The notes: generated from the letters alone by a model not told the origin. DNA of 37,101 bases from Candidatus Borrarchaeum weybense (GCA_019057385.1 JAHQJS010000002.1:1-37101); one strand, 5' to 3'. Shown: positions 18,011 to 27,876, counted from the first letter of the stretch. Made by a program: numbers and translations.

Positions 18011-18682
18011 ATGAATCCACATAGATGGACCGCAATAATTGTGGCAGTATTTTTTCTAATTGGTTACGTGGTGTATCTTCCAGCAGCTTTTTTGTTGGAA
18101 TCTATTCTAACTGCTCCAGATTATCTTATTAGTGTTTCTGCAAATCAAAACCAAGTGATATTAGGGGTGCTCGGTGAGTTAACTAATGCTGCTGCAGTTG
18201 CTGGCATTGCAATTCTGCTGTTTCCAATCTTTAAAAAGCGTAGTGAAGTTTTAGCTCTTTGGTATGTTGTTTTCAGGGCTTTAGAGGCCGTAGTATTTAT
18301 TGTTGCTGATGTCAACGCACTATCACTAATCACATTAAGTCAGGAATATGTAGCAGCAGGAGCTCCGGATGCCTCCTATTTTCAAGCTGCAGGCACTTTA
18401 GCTCTGGCACAGCGTTATTGGGTCACTGACGTTATGAATCCGGTCTTTTTCGTCTTAAGCGCTCTGGTATTCTATTATTTGTTGTATCAAACAGAACTCC
18501 TTCCCCGATTTATATCAATCTGGGGTTTCATAGCAGTCGCATTGTTGATAATAGGAAACGTTCTAGGAGTATCTTTCGGCATAATAGGACTGATTTTCTT
18601 TCTTCCGATAATGTTGAATGAAATATTCCTCGCGATATGGCTGATAGTTAAAGGATTCAATCCATCCGCAATCGCTTCCTAG
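18011..18682 (+). CDS. DUF4386-like membrane protein (paralog 1)
   Basis: Multi-TM. LFPIFKKRSEVLALWYVVFRALE, LLPRFISIWG, NEIFLAIWLIVKGF. Confidence 0.8.
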   Translation: MNPHRWTAIIVAVFFLIGYVVYLPAAFLLESILTAPDYLISVSANQNQVILGVLGELTNAAAVAGIAILLFPIFKKRSEVLALWYVVFRALEAVVFIVADVNALSLITLSQEYVAAGAPDASYFQAAGTLALAQRYWVTDVMNPVFFVLSALVFYYLLYQTELLPRFISIWGFIAVALLIIGNVLGVSFGIIGLIFFLPIMLNEIFLAIWLIVKGFNPSAIAS

Positions 18683-18847
18683 TCTGTCAAAACAGATAGA
18701 AACAAAGTTTAAATGACTATTCAGAGGATGAGCCTAGTACACTAGCTAGCATGCGACCGAAGAAAAAAGACCCCAATTTTTATTAATCTTGGGTTTTAGA
18801 GCAGTAGTAATACTGTAAAACACAACACGCACGTTGGTGATTGAAAT

Positions 18848-19213
18848 ATGGACGATTTGCAGATAACGCTTTCAGCACTTTGGGTATCGCTAATGTTATG
18901 TTACTTGTTGGGGGATGTGTTGCGAATATATGCCGGTGAATTTACACCAGGAGTGATATTTGGTAAGCACATGTCTCAAACGATGCTTATGGGAATGGCA
19001 ATATTGATGGTGATTCCAATTGTTATGGTTTTCTTATCCCTAACGCTGAGCTATCCCGTGAATCGCTGGGTAAACATCATCGTAGCCATATTCTTCCTTG
19101 GTTTTAATCTCATTGGTCTGCCTTCATATCCTTCCGCTTATGACAAATTTCTGATAATTGTAGGACTTGGGTTTAATGTGCTGACTGTTTGGTATGCATG
19201 GCAGTGGGTCTAA
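18848..19213 (+). CDS. DUF6326-like small membrane protein
   Basis: [51 protein letters not shown]. Confidence 0.7.
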   Translation: MDDLQITLSALWVSLMLCYLLGDVLRIYAGEFTPGVIFGKHMSQTMLMGMAILMVIPIVMVFLSLTLSYPVNRWVNIIVAIFFLGFNLIGLPSYPSAYDKFLIIVGLGFNVLTVWYAWQWV

Positions 19214-19235
19214 ACAGGAAGTTTGGTGGAAAATC

Positions 19236-20126
19236 ATGAAAGCGATTGTAGTCAAAAAATACGGACCTCCTGATGGTCTTCAGCTCGAAGAGGTAGAAAA
19301 ACCTACTCCCAAGGATAATGAAGTACTGATAAGAATATATGCGACAACAGTAACAGCAGGGGACGTGATACTTCGAAAGTCCTTCTTTCTCAGAATAATG
19401 CTTCGTCTCGTGTTTCGTGTTAGTAAAAACAAAATGCTAGGACATGAGTTAGCTGGAGAAATTGAATCCGTAGGCAAAGATGTAACACTGTTTAAGGAAG
19501 GTGACCAGGTTTTTGCATCTACTGGTTTTGCAGGGGGTGCTTATGCCGAATACATTTGTCTACCTGAAGACGGGATGCTGGCAAGAAAACCGATCAATAT
19601 AACCTATGAGGAAGCCGCCGCCGTTCCTGTTGGGGGAATTACAGCACTGGCTATTCTTAGAAAGGGAAACATCCAGAGCGGACAAAAAGTTCTGATCTAT
19701 GGAGCTTCTGGAAGTGTAGGTACTTATGCGGTACAACTTGCCAAGTACTTTGGGGCACAGGTTACTGGGGTATGCAGTACCACGAATTTAGAATTGGTAA
19801 AATCTCTGGGAGCCGATAAAGTAATTGATTACACTCAAGAGGATTTTACCAAAAGTGGTGAGGCTTATGATGTTATTTTTGACACTGTACGCAAGAGTTC
19901 ATCTTCAAGTAGTAAAAGAGTTCTAAAGAAGAACGGAGTCTATCTTTCCACTAGATCTTCAGTAAGCGAAAAGACTGAAGATCTAATTTTCCTCAAAGAA
20001 CTTATTGGGGCGGGAAAGTTAAAATCGGTCATAGATAGACGCTATCCCTTGGAACAAATTGTTGAACCTCACCGGTATGTCGAAACAGGACACAAAAAGG
20101 GAAATGTAGTCATAACTGTGGACTAG
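19236..20126 (+). CDS. NAD(P)-dependent MDR-family alcohol dehydrogenase / quinone oxidoreductase
   Basis: [46 protein letters not shown]. Confidence 0.92.
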   Translation: MKAIVVKKYGPPDGLQLEEVEKPTPKDNEVLIRIYATTVTAGDVILRKSFFLRIMLRLVFRVSKNKMLGHELAGEIESVGKDVTLFKEGDQVFASTGFAGGAYAEYICLPEDGMLARKPINITYEEAAAVPVGGITALAILRKGNIQSGQKVLIYGASGSVGTYAVQLAKYFGAQVTGVCSTTNLELVKSLGADKVIDYTQEDFTKSGEAYDVIFDTVRKSSSSSSKRVLKKNGVYLSTRSSVSEKTEDLIFLKELIGAGKLKSVIDRRYPLEQIVEPHRYVETGHKKGNVVITVD

Positions 20127-20184
20127 TTAGTGTTTTATACGAGAACATGACATAGTCATAGAAAACTGAAAGGTTGAGTTCAAC
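20126..20184 (+). promoter_or_regulatory. repeated promoter/operator unit, copy 2
   Basis: GTTAGTGTTTTATACGAGAACATGACATAGTCAT, with the palindrome at 20147-20159. Confidence 0.75.
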
Positions 20185-20239
20185 TATCGTTCCACAATAC
20201 AGGTTAACCCAACCGTTATACTCTTTAGGAGGACTTGAA

Positions 20240-20884
20240 ATGACAAACCTTGTCGCCGATATATCACTAAATAAAGTTGCAATATTCACAGGGGTCGGGT
20301 TTATACTCATGCTTTTCCTCGGTATCTTCGGTATGCCACTTTACCAAAATCTTATTGTGCCAGGAGATGAAGCAATAACAATCAATAATATTATGGCTAA
20401 TTTGTTGCTATTCCGCCTGGGTATTGCTATCTATCTAATCATACTTATACTCGATGTGGTGGTGGCTGTGGGACTTTATATGGTATTCAAACAGGTAAAC
20501 AAGAATCTTGCGTTGCTGCAGATGTGGCTTAGGTTGCTATACACCGCTATTGCGTTAATCAGTCTGGTTGTTCTAGTGTTGCTTTTTATCAATGCGTATA
20601 ACTTAGCACAACTCATTGCATATACGTTTTTTATCCCCCATATCTTTGTCCTTGGTTATTTAGTTTACAAGTCGGGCTTCTTTCCCAGACCTTTAGGCAT
20701 CTTGGTGATAATTGCATCTTTTTGCTATCTAATTCTAACTTATGGAGAGTTTCTTTTACCGCAAAACTTGTACGAAGTATCATTTCTGATAGTTATACTG
20801 ATTGCAGTTATTGGGGAAATTTCAGTTGGCATTGTGCTTTTATTTAAAGGTCTCAGAAATGAAATACCCGAAATAAAATCCTGA
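20240..20884 (+). CDS. DUF4386-like membrane protein (more divergent paralog)
   Basis: LIVPGD...TINNI, DVVVAVGLY..FKQVNKNLALL..WLRL, LGYLVYKSGFFPRPLG. ATG after AGGAGGA. Confidence 0.78.
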   Translation: MTNLVADISLNKVAIFTGVGFILMLFLGIFGMPLYQNLIVPGDEAITINNIMANLLLFRLGIAIYLIILILDVVVAVGLYMVFKQVNKNLALLQMWLRLLYTAIALISLVVLVLLFINAYNLAQLIAYTFFIPHIFVLGYLVYKSGFFPRPLGILVIIASFCYLILTYGEFLLPQNLYEVSFLIVILIAVIGEISVGIVLLFKGLRNEIPEIKS

Positions 20885-20956
20885 AATTGATTCATTATAG
20901 CTTTCAATTTTTTTTTATTTTTTTTAGAAAAGAAAAAATGAACACATCTGAAGGAT

Positions 20957-21017
20957 GTTAGTGTTATATACTAGAACATGACAGAGTCATCTTAAACTGA
21001 AATGTTGAGTATCAACA
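20957..21017 (+). promoter_or_regulatory. repeated promoter/operator unit, copy 3
   Basis: GTTAGTGTTATATACTAGAACATGACAGAGTCATCTTAAACTG, with the palindrome at 20978-20990. Confidence 0.75.
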
Positions 21018-21065
21018 ATTGTGTAAATGTTCTTGACTTTTATAACAAGAAAAAGGGGGAAAAAA

Positions 21066-21755
21066 ATGAATTCAGACAGACAGATCGCAATAATTGTAGG
21101 TATATTGTTTATAATTGCGACGGTTATGCTTTTTATTGGGGGCGTTTTTTACAATCCTATTTTAAGTTCTCCGGATTATCTAGATAATGCTTATCCAAAT
21201 AGAACAATTGTGATAATTGGAATTTTGCTTGAGTTTACGATAGTCCCTGCAATACTCCTCATACCAGTATTCTTGTTTCCTATTTTAAAAAAGCACAATG
21301 AAGCATTAGCCCTAGGGTATGTTGGTTTCAGATTTCTTGAAGCAGTTCTAATAATAGTTATTGAAAGTTTCAGACTGTCACTGATAAATGTTAGTCAGGA
21401 TTATTTAAATGGCGGTGGGATGGATGCTTCTTATTTTCAAAACATAGGCAACGCAATTCAAGCTATGAGTGATTGGACCTTTTCGCTTTATGTTATCGTT
21501 TTTGCTTTAGGAGCCTTGATACTTTATTTTGTACTATTTACATCAGAACTAATTCCCCGAATTATTTCGGCCTGGGGATTTATTGCTGCCGCATTAATGT
21601 TAATAGGTACTGTGATTATTATGGTTGGCATGTTTGCTGGAATTTCGGAAGTGGAATTGAATCTCATTTTTGCCATGCCTATAGCAGTGCAGGAAATGGT
21701 ATTAGCGGCATGGCTGATCTTGAAAGGATTCAATCCATCTGCAATCGCTTCCTAG
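21066..21755 (+). CDS. DUF4386-like membrane protein (paralog of 18011..18682)
   Basis: LFPILKKHNEALALGYVGFRFLE, LIPRIISAWG, and the identical C-terminus KGFNPSAIAS. Confidence 0.8.
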   Translation: MNSDRQIAIIVGILFIIATVMLFIGGVFYNPILSSPDYLDNAYPNRTIVIIGILLEFTIVPAILLIPVFLFPILKKHNEALALGYVGFRFLEAVLIIVIESFRLSLINVSQDYLNGGGMDASYFQNIGNAIQAMSDWTFSLYVIVFALGALILYFVLFTSELIPRIISAWGFIAAALMLIGTVIIMVGMFAGISEVELNLIFAMPIAVQEMVLAAWLILKGFNPSAIAS

Positions 21756-22018
21756 TCTACAAATCCCAGTTTACAAAAACAGATATAAACAAGATAAAAT
21801 GGATACATCAAAACCTGAATTACGTGAAATAAAGGTTTCATGTAATAATTCTATCTTAAAAATAACATTAAACTTGCTAAAATGAACAAAAGTAGTTAAA
21901 AATCCCATTTTTTTCAATTATTATTTCTTACTCAATGTTCTAAAAAACAGGCAGCAGAAGAAGATATTATGTTGTTCAAAAGAAACAAATACCTTAGGGA
22001 CATTTCTATTGTGGTTAC

Positions 22019-22294
22019 ATGACATCCTTAAAGATATATTTATCCGATAATTTGGTAAAAGAATTCAGAAAATTAGCTATAGAAATCTTTGGATATGGTA
22101 AAGGATCGATTAGCGAAGCCGCTGAAGTTGCATTCCAGAACTGGGTGCTTGAAAATAAAAAAATTCTCAAGGAAATCGAAATTCCTGAAGATCCCGTTCA
22201 AGCAATGAAAGGTTTGCTTAAGGATGTGACCGAGACAGCTGTGGAACTCCAACATATAGCCTCAAAACACAAGTATAAAGAACTTAGGGGATAA
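22019..22294 (+). CDS. RHH-type antitoxin-like protein
   Basis: LKIYLSDNLVKEFRKLA...GKGSISEAAEVA, with a C-terminal ...AVELQH as in archaeal antitoxins usually paired with PIN toxins. Confidence 0.6.
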   Translation: MTSLKIYLSDNLVKEFRKLAIEIFGYGKGSISEAAEVAFQNWVLENKKILKEIEIPEDPVQAMKGLLKDVTETAVELQHIASKHKYKELRG

Positions 22295-22345
22295 TCCAAT
22301 AATTCCTTCTTCATCTTCACCTTATTCGTTGTTTATATGATATTA

Positions 22346-22894
22346 CTAATCCTTAAACTCGATAAATTCTTCGCAGTAGGGATCGCCCCATGGTATTGCC
22401 TTCGTGAGTTTGTAAGTTATCTTAGGATTAACTGCTTTAAGTCCCTCTCCAGCAAATAATTGATGAGAAGTTGGGCAAACTATATGCCCATGATTTACCT
22501 CAAATTCTTTATACCTCTCCATCCACGGACATTTTGTTGATCTGATTACAACTCTTTTCGGAGTTTTCTCGACATACTCAGTCTCCCATTCAGAACCAAA
22601 AGCTAAAGCTCCAACAACAGTGAACAATAGGTCAGCTTCTATCGCATCCTCTACGGGTAGATTGAACGTTTCTTTAACCCATGTATACAGCTTCTTACCG
22701 CCTTCTGCCTGTACTTTGTCGATTATTTCTTGAAATTTTTCCAAGCCACGAACAGGCGAGATGAACCCCTCCTCTGTACCCAAGATTGGCATGACGGTCT
22801 TTACCCCTCTTAAAACAGAAATTCTTAGGAGATTTTTAGCGGTTATTTCCCAGCACTTCTCAGGTGGTATCTTTTCTAATAGTTCTTCCACCAT
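22346..22894 (-). CDS. L-2-amino-thiazoline-4-carboxylate hydrolase-like / V4R-fold protein
   Basis: TKCPW, a central Cys, and KAIPWGDPYCE three-cysteine pattern. GGAGG RBS. Confidence 0.7.
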   Translation of the reverse strand: MVEELLEKIPPEKCWEITAKNLLRISVLRGVKTVMPILGTEEGFISPVRGLEKFQEIIDKVQAEGGKKLYTWVKETFNLPVEDAIEADLLFTVVGALAFGSEWETEYVEKTPKRVVIRSTKCPWMERYKEFEVNHGHIVCPTSHQLFAGEGLKAVNPKITYKLTKAIPWGDPYCEEFIEFKD

Positions 22895-23063
22895 TCAGAT
22901 TCCTCCCCTTATCTGTGGATAATATAGAAGTGTATAGCAATACTAGCATAAAAAGTTTAATCGGAGAATCATACACTCACAAAAATAACGTACTAAACAA
23001 TGAAAACCAGCAAAGATGAACTCGTTTAAAACCAAATCATTGCGAAATTAGAGAAGTAACGGT

Positions 23064-23741
23064 TTACTCAGCAAATTTGTCTAGCAAAGATGGTAATTCG
23101 TTTATACCTTTAATAATTGCATCAGGCTTTCTGCGTCGTAAAACATCCTTATTTTGTGCGCCTGTTAAAACCGCAATAACAAGAGTGCCTGCATTTTTTG
23201 CGGCGAGAATATCATTCACTGTATCCCCAACGCAAATTACTTCACTTGGCTTAACATTCAGTAAATTTATTGCTTCATTCACTATCTCTGGTGATGGGCG
23301 AATGTTCTGAACATCGTCTGCTGTCACAATCACCTCAAAATATGAGTTCAAATTAAATTTTGTGAGGAGTTTGTCAAGTTCGGCTTTACGTAGAGCAGTA
23401 ATCACCCCTAAGCGATAGTTTGCATCTTTTAGCGTCTTTAAAGTTTTATGGACGCCATCTATTGCGTTAAATTCATCTAGAACTTTATTTGGAAAAATTT
23501 CCTGAAACGATGCAATACATTCTTTCGCTTGTTCCTCAAAATTTGCAAGCTCTTTTGGTAAGATCGCTTTAATTATCTTCGTGGCACTTTTTCCAAGTTG
23601 TGCAATTATTTCTTCAGAACTTGGAACCTTTATTTTATTTTGCTTAAAAGCCATTGAAATAGCCTTTAGAAGTGGCTTTATAGTGTCTATAAGTGTGCCA
23701 CCAACATCAAAAAGTATGGCTTTGATTTTATGTAACGTCAT
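23064..23741 (-). CDS. HAD-superfamily hydrolase (phosphoglycolate-phosphatase-like)
   Basis: LFDVGGTLID, GVIT, RPSPE, VGDTVNDILAAKNAG. Confidence 0.88.
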   Translation of the reverse strand: MTLHKIKAILFDVGGTLIDTIKPLLKAISMAFKQNKIKVPSSEEIIAQLGKSATKIIKAILPKELANFEEQAKECIASFQEIFPNKVLDEFNAIDGVHKTLKTLKDANYRLGVITALRKAELDKLLTKFNLNSYFEVIVTADDVQNIRPSPEIVNEAINLLNVKPSEVICVGDTVNDILAAKNAGTLVIAVLTGAQNKDVLRRRKPDAIIKGINELPSLLDKFAE

Positions 23742-23946
23742 TACTGATCACCGATAAACGAGGCGTTCTCCTAGAAAACTTATAAATATTAAATTTGTCA
23801 ATATCTGCTTGAATTATCTAAGACGAATAAAGTGAACTTATAAGTATGCATGATGAGAATAAGAGATATAAATTGAATCCCTATATGCTTCTATTATACT
23901 ATCCCGCATGAGCACAATTTTCCAACAGAACTGGAGTCGCTGTAAA

Positions 23947-25236
23947 ATGTCTGAATATATAACGCTTCCATTTGGTTCCAACGAAACGGTAACAGTAGAA
24001 GTACCAAAGAAAAATATCATATTCCATTTGACACCTAATGAAGTTCCAGGCGTCAATGATGGAATTGCGGAAATTAAGAGAGCTATATACAACCCAATTG
24101 GGGCACCTCGATTAGACAATATTGTGAAAAAGGGCAAAAAGATCACAATATTAGCTAACGATTACACACGGATGGAATGCCCTGATCGAGAATTTCTTCT
24201 CGTTCTCCATGAAGAATTCAAGAAACTTGGAGTAAATGGTGAAGACGTGACAGTAATCAATGCGTTGGGATCTCATGAACCACATAAGAAAAAAATGCTT
24301 CAAAAATACGGAAAAGACCTCTTTGAGACATTCAATATAGTAGATCACTCGGTTGCAGAAGAAGATTTAGTTGACTTAGGAAAAACACCCAGCGGTACTC
24401 CCATCAGTATAAACAAGATTGTAATGAATTCAGACGTTAAAATAGGACTTGGTAATATCATACCCCACTTCATTCCTGGTTTTGGGGCAGGATCGAAAAT
24501 CATACAGCCTGGCGTTATGGGAGACGACTCTACTGCTGCAACCCATACGTTAGCCGTACAACATGATGTTCACCATGGTTCTGTCTATGGCGAGGCTGAA
24601 AATCCTATTCGTGCCGAAATGGACAGTATGGCTAAAAAAGTAGGCCTAAATTTCATCATAAATTCTGTGCTTAACCATGAAACTGAAATAGTAGGTGTTT
24701 TTGCAGGAGATGCGGTAAAGGCTCATCGAGCAGGTATTGACGCCGTAAAGAAGGTGTTCTTTGGAAAAATTCCGGAGAAAGCTGATATTGTTATTGCAAG
24801 TGCACATCCTGCAGATTATGACTTATGGCAAGGAACTAAAGGAATGTACGGCGCCACTTTTGCGGCAAAAAAGGGAGGAACTGCTATTGTCACTGCCCCA
24901 TGGCGCTCAGGAGTATCAAAAGTTCATCGTGACACTATGCTTGAGTTGGTTTGCGAAGATCCCGTATGTATACTTGCACGGGTAGAGGATGGCGAGTTTG
25001 ATGATAGTGAAGACATTATTGCGCCATCTCTTGCAGCCATGTGGAGTACATACAAAGAACGAGCACAGATAATTCTTGTAACAGATGGTGTTCCAGAAGC
25101 GGATATCGAAACATTGGGATTTGGTCATGCAAAAACTCTTGACGAGGCACTAGAACTTGCATTTAAACAACAAGGAAAAGATGCAAAAGTAGGAATCATC
25201 GAGTCAAGTGCTGATATTGTAGCAAAAGTCTTTTAG
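23947..25236 (+). CDS. larA: LarA-family nickel-pincer-dependent 2-hydroxy-acid racemase/epimerase
   Basis: NDYTR, ALGSH, PHFIPGFGAGSK (cofactor Lys), ATH and QGTKG motifs. Confidence 0.88.
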   Translation: MSEYITLPFGSNETVTVEVPKKNIIFHLTPNEVPGVNDGIAEIKRAIYNPIGAPRLDNIVKKGKKITILANDYTRMECPDREFLLVLHEEFKKLGVNGEDVTVINALGSHEPHKKKMLQKYGKDLFETFNIVDHSVAEEDLVDLGKTPSGTPISINKIVMNSDVKIGLGNIIPHFIPGFGAGSKIIQPGVMGDDSTAATHTLAVQHDVHHGSVYGEAENPIRAEMDSMAKKVGLNFIINSVLNHETEIVGVFAGDAVKAHRAGIDAVKKVFFGKIPEKADIVIASAHPADYDLWQGTKGMYGATFAAKKGGTAIVTAPWRSGVSKVHRDTMLELVCEDPVCILARVEDGEFDDSEDIIAPSLAAMWSTYKERAQIILVTDGVPEADIETLGFGHAKTLDEALELAFKQQGKDAKVGIIESSADIVAKVF

Positions 25237-25305
25237 AATTATATAATCTCCTCTTTTTCCCTCAAATCTCTTAAACAAAAAAAGAAGGAATGTGTTAAGA
25301 AAAAA

Positions 25306-25740
25306 TTATTCGCTCTGTTCTAAGGCCGTCACTAATTTTACAATACCGTCGAGTATAGCCTCGGGCTTTGGTGGGCATCCAGGAATGTATGCTGAAACGG
25401 GCATTGCTTTATCAGCGCCGCCAAGGACATTGTAACCCTCTTCAAATACGCCACCGGATAATGCACATGCACCTACTGCTACGACGAATTTTGGATCGGG
25501 TGTCTGTTCGTAGATTCTTTTCATTCGATCTCGTGTTTGATTTGTGATGGGACCTGTAAAAACGATTACATCAGCATGTCTCGGACTGCCTTGCAGTAAA
25601 ACGCCGAATCTTTCAACATCCCACTTCGGAATAAGAACAGCTAATACTTCTATGTCACAACCATTGCATCCACCGGTGTTTAAATGAAGAATCCACGGTG
25701 ATCTTACGCGAGCCCATTTTACAATCTTCTTTAATACCAT
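25306..25740 (-). CDS. nuoB: group 4 hydrogenase small subunit (NuoB/MbhJ/EchC-like)
   Basis: GCNGCDIE, SPRHAD, VGACALSGG, IPGCPP. Confidence 0.92.
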   Translation of the reverse strand: MVLKKIVKWARVRSPWILHLNTGGCNGCDIEVLAVLIPKWDVERFGVLLQGSPRHADVIVFTGPITNQTRDRMKRIYEQTPDPKFVVAVGACALSGGVFEEGYNVLGGADKAMPVSAYIPGCPPKPEAILDGIVKLVTALEQSE

Positions 25741-25762
25741 TTGTTTTTGCCTCCACTGTTTT

Positions 25763-26116
25763 CTATGCCCTTATCTTCCCCGGGAAGAGTACCATGATAG
25801 TAAACGCTATTATGAGAATGTAGGCTACTGGAAGAATAGCCGCTAAATTGCCAGCGATGAGACCTACATTGAAAGCGGCAGTCGCTAGTATAAATGCTAC
25901 AATGTCAAAAATGAGGAAGAATACTGCATATTCAAATATGTGTACAAAAAATTGTCCCTGTTCACAGGGCAAGTCTTCTCCGCACGCATATGGTTTGTTT
26001 CTGTCAACGCTATCGCGAGCTGCTGGTGCTATTGACCGCGAAAAAGCGACAATGATAAAGACTATGATGAGCGATATTATAAATAACACAGGAACTGAAA
26101 ACAATATATTCTGCAA
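25763..26116 (-). CDS. nuoA: NuoA/ND3-like membrane subunit
   Basis: 3 TM segments, KPYACGE loop, YAVFFLIFDI. Confidence 0.82.
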   Translation of the reverse strand: MQNILFSVPVLFIISLIIVFIIVAFSRSIAPAARDSVDRNKPYACGEDLPCEQGQFFVHIFEYAVFFLIFDIVAFILATAAFNVGLIAGNLAAILPVAYILIIAFTIMVLFPGKIRA

Positions 26117-26132
26117 TGCAACATCACCTTAT

Positions 26133-26489
26133 CTAACATATATCAATTATCAAATTGCTTTTTTCAAAACCTGCAAGCTCGTATTCTTCAGTCATTACAA
26201 CTGCATCGAACTTACACGATTCTTCACATTGTGCACAAAAGAGACAGAGTGCTAAGTCAAAGATAGGACGTTTACCAGTCTTTGTTACTTCTTTACTACA
26301 TTCGACCATTGTAATTGCTCCACTAGGGCAGTCACGTGCACAAAGACCGCAACCAGTGCATTTTTCAATGTCAAACTTTTGTTTGCCTCGAAAGCCTTTT
26401 GGCATAAACACTTGATCCTTTTCAAAAGGGTATAAGATTGTACATGCCTTTTTTGTAACATGACGAAGAACTTCTCCAGCCATTGCCAT
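26133..26489 (-). CDS. nuoI: 2[4Fe-4S] subunit (NuoI/MbhN/EchF-like)
   Basis: T..YPF...P.GFRG, CTGCGLCARDCP, CLFCAQCEESC. Confidence 0.9.
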   Translation of the reverse strand: MAMAGEVLRHVTKKACTILYPFEKDQVFMPKGFRGKQKFDIEKCTGCGLCARDCPSGAITMVECSKEVTKTGKRPIFDLALCLFCAQCEESCKFDAVVMTEEYELAGFEKSNLIIDIC

Positions 26490-26512
26490 TCTTTATTCAC
26501 CATCCTTTAACT

Positions 26513-27571
26513 TTAGAACCACAGATAAAGTGGCCCGATCAATAAAACTAGGAGCGCAGAGAGCAACGCAAGTGGCAAGAAAATGCGCCAACTGATGTTC
26601 ACCATCTGGTCGATTCTCACTCTTGCGAATATAGCTCTAATGAATGCAATCACCAGTACAAATACCACCGTTTTGATTATAAAGTATATCGTTTGAAGCA
26701 ATCCCACAATCCATGGAGTAATAACTCCTAGGGATCCTGCTGCTGGAATCGGGCCGCTAGGTCCGCCAAGGAATAACGCCGCAGCTAGGCCTGCGAGAAA
26801 TACCATCTCTAACTGTACGCTGAAGACGAACATTCCGTACTTTTTTCCAGAGAATTCTGTATACCAGCCTGCCACAATCTCGGTCTCGGCTTCTGGGATA
26901 TCAAAAGGCACCTTTTCTAACTCAGCGATTGAACATGCAATAAAAATTCCAAAAGCTATGGCTGCAGGTCCAAATATAGCCCAATGTGTAAATCCTAGAA
27001 GAAAGTCACCGGCAACGTACCCAGCTGATTGAACAGCTACGATTTCTGAGATTGTGAGTGATTGTGCCAATATTGCGGGTGTAATAGCGGCAACAAGAAT
27101 AGGTATTTCATACCCTAATAACTGAATTGCTGATCGTTCTGTTCCTACTAGACTGAAGCGATTTGTTGAGAACCATCCTGCCAGAAGCTTGATTATTACA
27201 AATGCTGTCATAAGAAAGAGAACAAAGATGAGGTCACCAGTAAAACTAGCTATACCACTGAATTGATAGATTGGTAAGAAGAAGAGCGAAGTAATTATTA
27301 CTGCCAACGCAAGGATCGGCGTCGCAGTAAACATCTTCCTATCAACGCCTTCTGGAACAATATCCTCTTTTGCCAAGAGTTTAATGAAATCTGCGAGGGG
27401 TTGAAGTATACCTCTCCAACCTGTATACAACGGTCCAATGCGGTTTTGTAATTTTGCGAAGAATTTCCTGTCAATCCATGCATATGTCAGACTGAGCGAT
27501 CCCAAGAAGAACAAGCCAGGAAAAATGAAGATTTGCACTAAACTTATGATGATTTCTACGATCGTTACCAC
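26513..27571 (-). CDS. nuoH: NuoH/MbhM-like membrane subunit
   Basis: QNRIGP, GILQPLADFIKLLAKE, PFDIPEAETEIVAGWYTEFSG, RVRIDQ. GTG start after GGAGGT. Confidence 0.93.
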   Translation of the reverse strand: MVTIVEIIISLVQIFIFPGLFFLGSLSLTYAWIDRKFFAKLQNRIGPLYTGWRGILQPLADFIKLLAKEDIVPEGVDRKMFTATPILALAVIITSLFFLPIYQFSGIASFTGDLIFVLFLMTAFVIIKLLAGWFSTNRFSLVGTERSAIQLLGYEIPILVAAITPAILAQSLTISEIVAVQSAGYVAGDFLLGFTHWAIFGPAAIAFGIFIACSIAELEKVPFDIPEAETEIVAGWYTEFSGKKYGMFVFSVQLEMVFLAGLAAALFLGGPSGPIPAAGSLGVITPWIVGLLQTIYFIIKTVVFVLVIAFIRAIFARVRIDQMVNISWRIFLPLALLSALLVLLIGPLYLWF

Positions 27572-27732
27572 AGTTATACCTCCTGAGGCTTAGATTCATC
27601 ACTTAAAAAATGTCGTTGAATACGAACTATAATACTAAATTGTTTTGACAATAAGAGCGCATTACAATGTTCGACTTATTAAAAGTTTCCATCTTTTGCT
27701 CTAAAATTTGTGTAATTGATGTTCCGGAAAAG

Positions 27733-27758
27733 AATTATAATGAACGATCATTATAATT
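27733..27758. promoter_or_regulatory. perfect inverted repeat, candidate operator or terminator between the large-subunit gene and the nuoH-I-A-B block
   Basis: AATTATAATGA-ACGA-TCATTATAATT (11-bp arms). Confidence 0.4.
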
Positions 27759-27876
27759 AAATCTAAAACCGTGTCATGTCAGTGGCATATTTTGTGAGTG
27801 ATCTACCAAAATTAAAAATTTTAGTCATAATGGAAAAATATCAAAAAAAATAAAAAATAATGAATTGTGTAAATTT

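Noticed and set aside
17903-21017. Repeats starting GTTAG before successive genes read as integron attC sites or a CRISPR-like array
   Set aside because: GTTAGTG does not fit GTTRRRY, and there is no upstream RYYYAAC inverse core or attC-length hairpin. No integrase or cas gene is present and the spacing is gene-sized. The TATA + operator reading fits better.
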